Virus record (IMG/VR): IMGVR_UViG_3300047561_001970
Coordinates: 21,100 to 85,099 of that record
Direction: 5' to 3' (one strand)
From: a virus
Lineage: Duplodnaviria > Caudoviricetes
Length of the DNA: 64,000 nucleotides
The position numbers were made by a program, and so were the translations under genes. Positions within the stretch are counted from its first letter, which is position 1, and each line of letters begins with the position of its first letter. The notes under the pieces were generated by a model that was given only the letters and a program-made list of their open reading frames with translations, did no database searches and was not told the DNA's origin. Positions 47,201 through 55,760 of this stretch are shown piece by piece.

Positions 47201-50200
47201 GAGCCAGAATACGAGGCAGTCCCTTTGCTTGTTGGTGTTCTAGGATCAGTTATATTCCACTTTTGCAGAACAGCTGTACCAAATGTATTGTATGCATAGT
47301 AGAGGTTTTGACCTTGCACAATGAGATTTCGTGGTGCAAGAGATCCATCAACTACACCAAACACTCGGACTGGAGCAACTGGGTTGCTGATGTCGTAAAC
47401 AGTTAATCTGCCTGGGCCGGGGTAGGAAGTCCCATAGGCAAGAGCGAACAAATAATTGCCCTGTATCTGTATGCTGCTGCCATTATCTGGGTGAGCTATG
47501 TAACCTGCTGATGCTATGGAATTGCTTGTTGTGTTGTATACACGTATGCCCTGACTTTCAGATACATACACATATGCACCACGCACTGCTAATGCATTTG
47601 TGCCACCATAGACACTTGATCCTATGGCTGCACTAGCCACAAGAGCAAGGGTGGTATCAGAGCCAGACAATACATATTGTTGGACAGAAAAAGGAGTATA
47701 CAAATACAAATAATTGTCTTGCATCCTTAGAGTAGTTGCGTATGATGTTACCGGTGTAGAGCTAATTTTTTTAATATTGCCTCTGACATCTAGAGGCGCA
47801 ATAGGTGTATTGGTATAAAATCCTGCGTATCCAGATATCGGCTCAACATACATACCAGACATGGCAGATACAGGTGTTGCAGTGGAAATACTATTTGCAT
47901 TGGGGCCTGCATACACCCCGCCAAGGTAAATAAAATTAGATGACAGGTAATCTAATGTGGTGTACCTCCCGCTAATGCTGTTATATGAATTGTACACACT
48001 GTTCCATTGATTGCTGTTGCCACCTGATGCTGTTATTTGCTTGTTTGCACTTATGGCACCATTGACTGTCAATTCCACAGCAGGGTAGCTTTCATTGATG
48101 CCAACCTTGCCACCCTGACCGGCATTGGCATTGCCTACATGCAGCACTTCCACACCGTCACCATCATAAAAACTGGCCACATCAGATGTACCAGCAGCTT
48201 GAAACACATACAAAGCAGGTCCTGGACCTGCGTTCACCACACTCAAAGCGCTGGTGGTAGTGAAGATGGTATTTTTAAATGTGCTGGTGCCGAGGGCAGT
48301 TAAGTTGCCATTAATGGTGACATTTTTACTGAATGTAGTGTTTTGATTGGTGTAAGCAATGTAGGCACTGCTCAATAGAAGAGTGCCAGAATCGTCAGGC
48401 AAACAAACTACCCTGCTTTGTGTTGCTGTTCCTAAGAGAGTGGTACGCGTGGTGTAATTGCCAAATTGTATTGTACCGCGTCCTCTTGTGTCAATGTAAC
48501 CACCACCATTTGATGTGTCAATAAACCCCCCATCACCCAAGTAAGCAGCGGCTGTGTTAATGTACCCACCTGCACCATCATCATTTCCCACTGTGTTAAT
48601 AAACCCACCAGCATGTATGCCATCGCTATGTGTATCAATGAAACCACCATTTTTTGAAGTGTCAATGTATCCGCCCGGTCCTTCAATTGTCCCATGAGTA
48701 TCAATATACCCCCCTGTATAATCAATATTATAACCTGTTGTTTGAATATACCCACCATATCCAGAGGTATCTATGTACCCGCCAACACTTGAAGTATTAA
48801 TATATCCTCCTTGGCCAGCAGCGCCAGAAGTATTGATTGAACCCCCGGCTCCTTCACCTTCCACCCCCCGGGTATCAATATAACCACCAGTTTCCGTCTC
48901 ACCATCTGCAGATGTGTTTATGAAACCACCTGGTAGGAGACCACCATTGCCACCAAATGTGTCAATAGAGCCACCACCATTAGATGTATTGATGTGTCCT
49001 CCGTTAGCACCACCAGCAGAGGTGTTTATATAACCTGCAACCAAGCCACTTCCAGCAGGTGCACTCACATTTATATCTGCCCCACCGTATGAGGTATTTA
49101 ACGATCCAGCTGATCCTTCATCGCCACCATACATGTTTATTGATCCAGCCCCACCAGTACCATCTGAACCTAAGTTTATACTGCCACCAATATTCGAAGT
49201 ATTAATATATCCACCCTCATTCGAAGTATTAATAGATCCACCCTCAGTCGAAGTATTAATAGATCCACCCACATTCGAAGTATTAATACTTCCACCAGCA
49301 TTTGACATATTCAAAGTTCCGCCTGGACTACTGCCACCCCCACCACCTGTAGATATTATAGACCCACCAGGACTTCCATCCGCAGCACCAGCACTCAAAT
49401 CAATAGACCCACCGCCAGCTAAATTACCAGAATCATCAACTAAAGACCCTTGAAGATTGATTGAGCCACCATTGCCAAAATGACTACTTGTATTAATAGA
49501 TCCGCCTGTACCAAATGCCCCACCAGAGGTGTTTATTGAACCGCCATTATAGCCACCCCCACCACCTTGCGTATTGATTGACCCGCCATAAGTGCTGGTA
49601 TCGATCGCGCCACCCATATCTGAAGTGTTAATTGAACCGCCAGTACCATTATTACCAGCAGAAGTGTTTATTGACCCGCCAGCACCATTTGCGTTACCCG
49701 AAAGATTTAGCAAACCACCACCATTAGAGGTGTTTATTGACCCACCAGGTCCATCACCTCCACCAGATGTATCTATAGAACCACCATACCAAGCATCGCC
49801 AATACTAGCTAGGCCAGAAGTGTTGATTGAGCCTCCATAAGCTCCAAACGCACCCCCGCCTTTCATAGTCAATGAACCACCATTGCTCAAGGCACCGGAT
49901 AAATCTATGCTACCTCCATGACCTCCATCTGGCGCGCCAGCACTTGTGTTGATGTTGCCTGCGTTTGCAACATTATCACCATCTGTAGAACCAGTCATAG
50001 TAATAGATCCACCTTTAGCCCCACCAGAGTCAAGTGTGTTTAAAGAATAACCATTTGGATTAGTATTATTTGGAAGAACAAGGGGGTTAGTTAGCCCACC
50101 GCCACCACCTGTACCAAAGTAATTGGATATGTCTCTGCCACCAGATAATATGTGACCATTTATATTCAGATCACCATTCATGACTCCACCATTGGCATAT

Positions 50201-50820
50201 TGCACAGCCACTGAACCACCCCCACCTCCCAGGTCCAGAATCTTGCGTGAATAATCATACACTGCTTTGTCAATGTATTCCTTGAGCTCTTCCAGTGTGG
50301 TTTTGGCTTCTTTCTGCTGCTTGACAGTTCCTGTGTCTTTAATTTTTTCCAATTCATCAATATATGAAGTTATTTGCTTGTCTGCAGGCTCCTCCAGCTC
50401 AGAAGCTGTTGATATGTTGGTGACTTCTTCCTGCTCCATTGCACTGGAATGTTGTGCTTTGAGTTTTGCCTTTTCAATTGCATCTTTTATTTTCTGTGCC
50501 AAATCTTTCACAGGTTGGTCTGTCTCCACTGTGGTGATTGGCTCAGATTGTGTGATGATGGGGCTTATTTCCTGTATTATAGTTTGGTTGACTATAACCT
50601 GCTCTGTGGACACGACAGGTTCCTTGAATGGTAGTTTTGCAGATATGGTATTACCAATTTTATTCAAAAAGCTAGCAAACGGATCCTCTTGTTCCTTAAC
50701 TATTTCCGTAGCGGAAGCAGAAGCATACACAGCCTCCATTATATGTTTATGATCTTTAGCAACTTGAATTTTTTTTGCTAAATTACCAATAAAGTTTGAT
50801 AAAGGGTCTTCGGCGGGCAC
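44233..50820 (-). CDS. 2195-aa long tail fibre/adhesin: acidic N-terminus, about 40 GG(S/Y/F)I(N/D)T repeats, LVIVD-type propeller, YadA-head-like segment, C-terminal chaperone-like domain
   Basis: GTG start 4 nt after ATTAAATA (50832-50825). LTVYDISNP..P, ..GNYL.., VMDISNPY.P (LVIVD); NSVALGG; IG.GT..P..KL.V.GNISASG; C-terminal KSFLIDHP....K.L.YGSLESPYHGVRL.G. Confidence 0.8.
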   Translation of the reverse strand: MPAEDPLSNFIGNLAKKIQVAKDHKHIMEAVYASASATEIVKEQEDPFASFLNKIGNTISAKLPFKEPVVSTEQVIVNQTIIQEISPIITQSEPITTVETDQPVKDLAQKIKDAIEKAKLKAQHSSAMEQEEVTNISTASELEEPADKQITSYIDELEKIKDTGTVKQQKEAKTTLEELKEYIDKAVYDYSRKILDLGGGGGSVAVQYANGGVMNGDLNINGHILSGGRDISNYFGTGGGGGLTNPLVLPNNTNPNGYSLNTLDSGGAKGGSITMTGSTDGDNVANAGNINTSAGAPDGGHGGSIDLSGALSNGGSLTMKGGGAFGAYGGSINTSGLASIGDAWYGGSIDTSGGGDGPGGSINTSNGGGLLNLSGNANGAGGSINTSAGNNGTGGSINTSDMGGAIDTSTYGGSINTQGGGGGYNGGSINTSGGAFGTGGSINTSSHFGNGGSINLQGSLVDDSGNLAGGGSIDLSAGAADGSPGGSIISTGGGGGSSPGGTLNMSNAGGSINTSNVGGSINTSTEGGSINTSNEGGYINTSNIGGSINLGSDGTGGAGSINMYGGDEGSAGSLNTSYGGADINVSAPAGSGLVAGYINTSAGGANGGHINTSNGGGSIDTFGGNGGLLPGGFINTSADGETETGGYIDTRGVEGEGAGGSINTSGAAGQGGYINTSSVGGYIDTSGYGGYIQTTGYNIDYTGGYIDTHGTIEGPGGYIDTSKNGGFIDTHSDGIHAGGFINTVGNDDGAGGYINTAAAYLGDGGFIDTSNGGGYIDTRGRGTIQFGNYTTRTTLLGTATQSRVVCLPDDSGTLLLSSAYIAYTNQNTTFSKNVTINGNLTALGTSTFKNTIFTTTSALSVVNAGPGPALYVFQAAGTSDVASFYDGDGVEVLHVGNANAGQGGKVGINESYPAVELTVNGAISANKQITASGGNSNQWNSVYNSYNSISGRYTTLDYLSSNFIYLGGVYAGPNANSISTATPVSAMSGMYVEPISGYAGFYTNTPIAPLDVRGNIKKISSTPVTSYATTLRMQDNYLYLYTPFSVQQYVLSGSDTTLALVASAAIGSSVYGGTNALAVRGAYVYVSESQGIRVYNTTSNSIASAGYIAHPDNGSSIQIQGNYLFALAYGTSYPGPGRLTVYDISNPVAPVRVFGVVDGSLAPRNLIVQGQNLYYAYNTFGTAVLQKWNITDPRTPTSKGTASYSGSMNGLAVKNNFAYVCDSNALRVYSVVGAPVLVTTIAGLPSIAAYSEPIIDGDYLYIPCQIGAGPFIQVMCVMDISNPYAPKVIRYITSAGGGSYNMMVSAQIKGRYMYLSNGVDAINVYDLGGAYVQNLRAGSIETTSILVDNNATIAGNLGVLSDAYFARGYSSLGDSSINGTLTVNNSATFYGTISTAGNLFSPSFATFVKNASYPTLSSTLTNNSGYFNSQGTFASPGGFIIKGHSPDYSTSIQNLPGYGTYGLWLQNVNDMDPGSTLISDGRAAVTHAMAFRAGINNFTGGADHNHVQWQGAPFNPTQSWQMTNGGSLNVYGYGANTYTQRFMVHTLPQYQDSTTITATSGIIDTTNATLITSTDRLSGVVILLDAYSAPVNYNLITPGSVVGIVVNPGLVGLNAVTFNSQCTQVSSNATGTLTAYKFDFFIGSGTNWVPASRGTQAINLKSRANGGNPGVSLIASQIGTNPSTQYVGLTGSYRGMNKHALARFTTANILTAYKPGSPLTLWIPTAMPSTSPIGTGFITSDKIATFAQGTFPSGVRTGYFDAFVISVSGTDMEFALCNLMDSYSFENRFWPIEATGTAGWVLYGGTQDTVHRPTFGTTGFYFEREPWYFDGTNYLSGGMIKNVSLGNSESYGNYSYGLGFRGAVLGNKSGTFAGDYNAVYSDNSVALGGEGLISLSSTPYQAVVGKYNNPNNNALFVVGAGTNNTSRVNVLEANNNNLTVTGSLSTTQGIVCAPSTFTAFDTVTDAALIMDFTRGATSGGMYVRRSNGQQRSIFNYQDSTGNIDVGTFSNNINSVSIKAGGSGLTGYINFGTFSTSNVMRIIDNGNIGMGTITPNEKLTVVGNISASGIGYFNHITASTKSFLIDHPLHTDKKLQYGSLESPYHGVRLTGKSCIKQDEVIIQLPDYISALVHADNANIQLTNINHDKVLFVKRVDVPSNTFSVGVKRNWLDRQEYEFYWTFTAIRKDIPHLTVEC
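48480..50030 (-). repeat. In-frame array of about 40 degenerate GG(S/Y/F)I(N/D)T(S/x) repeats, including a 4 x 27-bp tandem at 49193-49300
   Basis: Counted by eye in the translation; DNA unit TTCGAAGTATTAATA(T/G)ATCCACCCTCA is repeated four times. Confidence 0.9.
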
Positions 50821-50824
50821 CAGT

Positions 50825-50848
50825 TATTTAATGCTCATACTATAAATA
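50825..50848. promoter_or_regulatory. Divergent late promoters (minus ATTAAATA 50832-50825; plus TATAAATA 50841-50848)
   Basis: 4 and 5 nt from their start codons. Confidence 0.7.
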
Positions 50849-50853
50849 ACAAT

Positions 50854-51219
50854 ATGCATGATGTAATTAGAGACCTTCTGCAAATGCAGAATCAATTGCG
50901 CATATTTCATTGGCAGACCAAAAGCTATGCAGCACACAAAGCGCTAGGCAAAGCTTATGAAAGTCTTGACGAACTCATTGATACTTTTGTGGAAACAGCG
51001 CTGGGCCGCAAGGAAGCCAGCTTCATCAACGGCAGCATGACCATCAATTTGTTTGATAGTCATAAATTAACTCATGCAGATGCTCTTGAGACATACAAAA
51101 CATTTCTATGTGAATTCAGTCAAAAATTAAGCCCAGACAACGACACAGACCTCACCAACATAAGAGATGAAATGCTAGGTGTGCTCAATCACACAAGTTA
51201 CCTGCTGACATTAAAATAA
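50854..51219 (+). CDS. Ferritin/Dps-like four-helix protein (DUF5856-like)
   Basis: Q.Q.RIFHWQT.SYA.HKALG..YE.L.EL.D.FVE...G; L.NI.DEM.......YLLTL. Confidence 0.8.
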   Translation: MHDVIRDLLQMQNQLRIFHWQTKSYAAHKALGKAYESLDELIDTFVETALGRKEASFINGSMTINLFDSHKLTHADALETYKTFLCEFSQKLSPDNDTDLTNIRDEMLGVLNHTSYLLTLK

Positions 51220-52140
51220 TTACTGTCTGACAGTCTTAGGAAAGTATTTAAACTTGTCCCACATGGCATGATTCTGCTGCAATAGTTCTTGGCTATTTGA
51301 TCTGATTGGATTGATGTCTATGCCACCTCGTCTCACATACAAACAGGATACCATCAATTCTTCTGGCTTGGTCAGATCATGTAGCCGCTTGTAAATGGTT
51401 TCACATATCTCTTCATGAAAATGACATTCGTCCCTGAATGACACAATGTATTGCAACAGAGAGGTCTGATTGAGTTCACAAGATCCTTTATAATGAATAT
51501 ACACATCCCCCCAATCCGGTTGAGATGTGACCCTGCAATTGCTCTTTAATAAGGCTGAATGAAAGCGCTGCACTTTGCTGCTATCACCTTTCACCCACCC
51601 CAGCAATGCAGGGTCTTCTTTGTAACCTCTAGATTTAATAGCAGTAACATCAATGTGGTTCTCAAGTGTAGGATATGTTGCACGAGGGAACAAGGGAGGA
51701 TAATACATTGCATCATCAATTGCTTGTGTGAGGCGGGTGTACACCTGTACATCTGTTTCCAGCAATGCAGAGAGATCACCAGATATTTTTGCTTCCAGCT
51801 GTTGCAACACGCTAACGATACTGCCACTGAACTTCTCCATGTTAAAGGAGTTCATGTAAAGTTTGATGGACTTTGACTCTACAATATATTTGTTTGTGGC
51901 AGGATACACAATCTTGGCAATGGCAGCAATGGGCATGCCTTCATTTGTCAAGCAAGATACTTCATAGGCATTCCAAATATCATAACCACAAAATGGAGGG
52001 TTGTCATCGCTAATATCCAAATGCTTGCGATTATTGGCTCTGGGTTCACGTACCAACAGTGAGGGGTCATAAGTTGATATGTAACCGGTTATTTTACCAA
52101 GATGCTTTGATATGTTACTATTATCTAATTCCGTATTCAT
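51220..52140 (-). CDS. queF: NADPH-dependent 7-cyano-7-deazaguanine (preQ0) reductase, bimodular E. coli-type
   Basis: Y...YDPSLL, G.D.W.AYE.S.L, VESKS.KLY.NSFN, SNC.VT.QPDWG (catalytic Cys/Asp), SFR....FHE..CE.I, Y.RRGGIDINP.R. Confidence 0.95.
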   Translation of the reverse strand: MNTELDNSNISKHLGKITGYISTYDPSLLVREPRANNRKHLDISDDNPPFCGYDIWNAYEVSCLTNEGMPIAAIAKIVYPATNKYIVESKSIKLYMNSFNMEKFSGSIVSVLQQLEAKISGDLSALLETDVQVYTRLTQAIDDAMYYPPLFPRATYPTLENHIDVTAIKSRGYKEDPALLGWVKGDSSKVQRFHSALLKSNCRVTSQPDWGDVYIHYKGSCELNQTSLLQYIVSFRDECHFHEEICETIYKRLHDLTKPEELMVSCLYVRRGGIDINPIRSNSQELLQQNHAMWDKFKYFPKTVRQ

Positions 52141-52699
52141 TGAGTTTTATTTTAATCGCTTCCATGCGTTCTTCCACTGTTCCTCTTAAGATAGTTATCT
52201 TTTTTTTCAGTCTCTCATCTTTTAACCAAAAATTTTCATACAAATCAATAATTGCATTTCTAAATTCTTTATTACCACTTCTCTCCCCATCATCCACCAG
52301 TGGCACATCATGAGGACTTGGGTAAAAAATATGATCATATTTGTGAATATAGTTCACATAATACATTACCCCTAAGCTACTAGATACTAGAAAATATTTT
52401 AGCTTATCTCTTGCAAAATAACTTGTATACACCATGCCATCCATCAAACAACGATCATGCAATATGCCCTGAAATCCAAATCCTTTATAGTTATAAAATA
52501 AGTTTTCAAACTCTTTGTTTAGAATCAAGGTCTGCGTCACATCATTGGCACCAGTTTCATTGATATCTACCCCATGCTCACGCTTAATTAACCGCGTAAC
52601 CTCATCAATGTAGCAAAGCTTGGAACCATAATACTCCCTGCACTTCTTCAAGAGAGTAGTCTTACCTGAACACTGTGGACCTGTGAAAGTGAATATCAT
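52121..52699 (-). CDS. P-loop nucleotide kinase (AAA_28/NadR-like, dNMP-kinase-like)
   Basis: TGPQCSGKTTL (Walker A), DE..R, HDRC..D...Y, DDG.R, LRGTVEER. Confidence 0.8.
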   Translation of the reverse strand: MIFTFTGPQCSGKTTLLKKCREYYGSKLCYIDEVTRLIKREHGVDINETGANDVTQTLILNKEFENLFYNYKGFGFQGILHDRCLMDGMVYTSYFARDKLKYFLVSSSLGVMYYVNYIHKYDHIFYPSPHDVPLVDDGERSGNKEFRNAIIDLYENFWLKDERLKKKITILRGTVEERMEAIKIKLNEYGIR

Positions 52700-52866
52700 T
52701 TGCGTCTTAACAAGGCAGTATACTCTATTTCCAGGTCGAACACAAGCTTTTTAAGCATCTTTATCTCTTGCCAGAGAATTTTATTCTCCTGCAGGATGAT
52801 ATCATAATCCTTTTCAAGTTGTTTGACCTTGCCATTCCATGTCCGCCATGCATTCATTAATGACAT
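52696..52866 (-). CDS. 56-aa coiled-coil protein (absent from the ORF track)
   Basis: MSLMNAWRTWNGKVKQLEKDYDIILQENKILWQEIKMLKKLVFDLEIEYTALLRRK; fills the gap exactly, with ATGA coupling to the kinase gene. Confidence 0.65.
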   Translation of the reverse strand: MSLMNAWRTWNGKVKQLEKDYDIILQENKILWQEIKMLKKLVFDLEIEYTALLRRK

Positions 52867-52871
52867 ACTTG

Positions 52872-53069
52872 TTACTTTATGATGCCGAACACTTTTAATG
52901 CAATGAGCATGGATATCCAGAAGCCTGTAAACGAAGACAGTGTGCGCAGCAGCTCCATTTTATGATTATGAAAATCAAGCCAAACCTCAAAATCACTTCT
53001 CAATTTGTTTTTTTTCATTAATCTGTGCAATTGTTTTTTTGGAAGTTTATTAATATTAATAAGTCTCAT
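52872..53069 (-). CDS. 65-aa basic protein with one C-terminal transmembrane helix
   Basis: Lys-rich N-terminus then TLSSFTGFWISMLIALKVFGII; abuts both neighbours. Confidence 0.6.
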   Translation of the reverse strand: MRLININKLPKKQLHRLMKKNKLRSDFEVWLDFHNHKMELLRTLSSFTGFWISMLIALKVFGIIK

Positions 53070-53417
53070 TCACTTGCCCCATTTACCATTATATACTATT
53101 TCAGCAATAATGCCATACACTGCAGAATCTCTGAATGCATCCATGACTGGTTCATTTGCGGAATTCATGGCCTTTTTCTTCAGAACCAAATTAATTAGCC
53201 GCTGTATTTTGTCATTCAGACGCACCACAATGGCAGATATTGCAGCAAATATATCTTCCTGCTTTACTAAATCAGATCCAAGAGAGATATTGCCTGGCCC
53301 ATAATCAAATTGTTTCTTGCAAAACGTTTCATATAATTCTGCCTGTATTTTCTGAAATTCTTTGCATGTTTCTGGAAAATTCTTCTCAACGTATTTAACA
53401 ATATCTTCTTTGTTCAT
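53070..53417 (-). CDS. Nucleotide modification-associated domain 1 (Nmad1/DUF1599, MazG-like all-alpha fold)
   Basis: F..KQ.DYG..NI, I.VRL.DKI.RL.NL, EP..D.F.D..VYGII. Confidence 0.8.
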   Translation of the reverse strand: MNKEDIVKYVEKNFPETCKEFQKIQAELYETFCKKQFDYGPGNISLGSDLVKQEDIFAAISAIVVRLNDKIQRLINLVLKKKAMNSANEPVMDAFRDSAVYGIIAEIVYNGKWGK

Positions 53418-54373
53418 AATCTTACCCCGTACACAACGTTATTTAAATTTAAAGCACCAAGATTGCAACCACCAGCATAGCTAATTGCACTTTGCAGGTC
53501 TTGTTTAATTTCCTCAAGCTTTTCAAGATATGTAAAGGTATCAGTCTCCATTAATTTCATAGTGCCTTCAATATTTTTCTTCTCAATTTTGTTGTGTACA
53601 CTTGCTGAACCAAAATATTGCTTGAATTTTCTACCGCTTGCATCCTTGACAAGTGGGGCTGGGCTGTCAGAGCAAGCTGCAAATATAGATCCACACATCA
53701 CCATGCTGGCACCAGCCACTAGTGCTTTGGCAATATCACCGTTGCAACGCACCCCACCATCTGCAATAATGGGGATGCTCTTGTCCTTGGCACATTCTAA
53801 TACACAACTGAACATGGGATACGTGAATCCAGTCTTATCCTTTGTTGTGCAGGCATAACCTCCCCCAATACCAACCTTGACAGCATCTGCACCAACCATG
53901 TGCAAGTATTCCACACCTTGCAGTGTGGCAACATTGCCTGCAATGACCTTTGTACCAGGTAAAACTTGTTTGATATGACTAATTTGTTCTGCAACCTTTG
54001 CATGGTGACCATGGGCAACATCTATAGTAACAAAATCTACTCTCATCATGCTTTGTGCAATGGATGTTAGCAAATTTTTATCTTTTTGTTGTATTCCTAC
54101 ACTTATTGAAACCACATTAAACTTTTGTACATTAGCAAAGCGTACAAAATTATGAACATCCTCACCAAACCTATGCATAATATAAAAATATCCATGTTTA
54201 TCAAGAAGTGCACATGTGTCTGTATCGACACAGCACTTCATGTTGGCGGGTATCACTGGTAGTTTGAATGTATGACCACAAAACGATGTGTCTGTATCAA
54301 TTTCCGTTCTAGACTGTACTGAACTATAGCTAGGCTTGAGAAAAACGTCTTGGTATTGTAGTGATATATCCAT
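53414..54373 (-). CDS. guaC: GMP reductase (Bacillus-type)
   Basis: LPVIPANM, VSISVG, IDVAHGH, IAGNVAT, KVGIGGG.ACTT (catalytic Cys), PIIADGG.R..GDIAKAL.AGA.MVM.GS, YFGSAS..NK...NIEG. Start set at ATG 54373. Confidence 0.92.
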   Translation of the reverse strand: MDISLQYQDVFLKPSYSSVQSRTEIDTDTSFCGHTFKLPVIPANMKCCVDTDTCALLDKHGYFYIMHRFGEDVHNFVRFANVQKFNVVSISVGIQQKDKNLLTSIAQSMMRVDFVTIDVAHGHHAKVAEQISHIKQVLPGTKVIAGNVATLQGVEYLHMVGADAVKVGIGGGYACTTKDKTGFTYPMFSCVLECAKDKSIPIIADGGVRCNGDIAKALVAGASMVMCGSIFAACSDSPAPLVKDASGRKFKQYFGSASVHNKIEKKNIEGTMKLMETDTFTYLEKLEEIKQDLQSAISYAGGCNLGALNLNNVVYGVRL

Positions 54374-54374
54374 A

Positions 54375-54944
54375 TCAGCGGTGTAAAATTTTATATGTGG
54401 TGAAAAAACTTTTCCAAAGATCAAGTGCAGTGTGTCGCAAGGCACCATACACTCCATTCAAATCCATGCCCTCAATACCTATCCCTTGACTCATCAACAC
54501 ATCACCTTCATCTACACCTGGTGTAACCCGATGTATCACGCAACCTGCTAGCTTATACCCCTCTGTAAACGCTCTTTCTTGGGGGTTGAATCCTTTGAGT
54601 GCAGGGAACTTATCAATAAGACCTGGGTGTAAATTGTATATTTCATATTTTTCACAAATCTCTTTTGGAATAATTCTTAAAAACCCATGCAATGTAATAA
54701 CTGGATTTTTAAAGCTCTGCAGAGCATTCTCATAATCTTTTACTATAGGCTTTTGCGGCAGCTGTATCCATATATTCTCATTAAGCTTTTGAGATCTAAA
54801 CTTAGTTGTTTCAACTAGTCCGATATTAGTAGCTTTATGGTCTTGCTTATTTGTTATGACAGCATCAGGATATATGCCAAGTGCATTACTAAGATCATAT
54901 ATCTCAGTACCAGTTTGCGAAAAAAATGTTACCCAAGGTCTCAT
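54375..54944 (-). CDS. PurN-like formyltransferase, probable preQ1 formyltransferase (DpdN-type)
   Basis: FFSQTG, L.GFLRIIP, YNLHPGL...FP.LKG, GCVIHRVT.GVDEG: formyl-THF binding motifs. Context with QueF and the DpdA-like gene. Confidence 0.8.
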   Translation of the reverse strand: MRPWVTFFSQTGTEIYDLSNALGIYPDAVITNKQDHKATNIGLVETTKFRSQKLNENIWIQLPQKPIVKDYENALQSFKNPVITLHGFLRIIPKEICEKYEIYNLHPGLIDKFPALKGFNPQERAFTEGYKLAGCVIHRVTPGVDEGDVLMSQGIGIEGMDLNGVYGALRHTALDLWKSFFTTYKILHR

Positions 54945-55747
54945 CTACGAATAATCCTCTTAAACATTGTAGTATTGTAATTTACAAGTTCAAGCTGATC
55001 ATCTGTGAAATTATGTGTAATGAGGTCCGCCAATTTAGTTGACGGTTTATTATCTAAACCATAATCAGCATCATACTTCAATCCATGGATAGCAGCAACA
55101 ATGGGATTGCTGGTGTCACAACTAACAATATTGTGAATATTTTTATCAACATAATATCTAAACTCTTTAGCTAAGGAACAACCAAGCAAGTGATGAGGTT
55201 TGTTCCAATTCCATACACCTGCATTTATTAGCTCAGCAATGAAGCGCTGTCGACCGGAACACCATTTCTCCAGATGTGTTTTGCCTTCACCTGTAATTTG
55301 ATAATAACTAAAATCAAAACTAATGGCAATCATGTCAGCATTATCAGACATGAACTTGTAACATTCCTTGAGTTCGTGCCAGTTTTTACCTTGCACAGCA
55401 CCTATAGCCTTTGTAAGAAAACTACTCTTAATATCATTTGTATGATGTTCAAACGCTTTGAAGCTCTGCATTGTACTTGCAGCATCTTCAAGTACATCTG
55501 GAACAATGAACATATTAGGCTTAATTTCCATTGTTTTTACCCAAAATTCACGACTATCAAAAGCTTTGCCCAGTTCAAAGATGGAATTGTCAAGTAACAC
55601 TTCTCTGTTGTATGCAATTCTACCAAATTTAAAGAAGTCACAGTATGCAGGGTATTGATCCAGGAGATGCACCAAACAATAGTCAAAATCATTGTATTCT
55701 CTGGAATAATCAAGTATGGATAGAGGAGACTCATGTGATACTTTCAT
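54941..55747 (-). CDS. Divergent TGT/DpdA-like TIM-barrel protein (7-deazaguanine insertion, DpdA3-like)
   Basis: LLDNS.FELG, PDV, AVQG, HHLLG, SCDTSNP match the TGT-fold motif order; first gene of an operon with QueF and the PurN paralog. Start set at ATG 55747. Confidence 0.6.
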   Translation of the reverse strand: MKVSHESPLSILDYSREYNDFDYCLVHLLDQYPAYCDFFKFGRIAYNREVLLDNSIFELGKAFDSREFWVKTMEIKPNMFIVPDVLEDAASTMQSFKAFEHHTNDIKSSFLTKAIGAVQGKNWHELKECYKFMSDNADMIAISFDFSYYQITGEGKTHLEKWCSGRQRFIAELINAGVWNWNKPHHLLGCSLAKEFRYYVDKNIHNIVSCDTSNPIVAAIHGLKYDADYGLDNKPSTKLADLITHNFTDDQLELVNYNTTMFKRIIRR

Positions 55748-55760
55748 GATCCCATTGTAA

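Noticed and set aside
49193-49300. CRISPR mini-array
   Set aside because: Contiguous 27-bp tandem units without spacers, encoding GGSINTSNE-type repeats.
54375-54944. purN as a de novo purine biosynthesis auxiliary gene
   Set aside because: No other pur genes are present; context with QueF and a TGT-like gene favours a deazaguanine formyltransferase.
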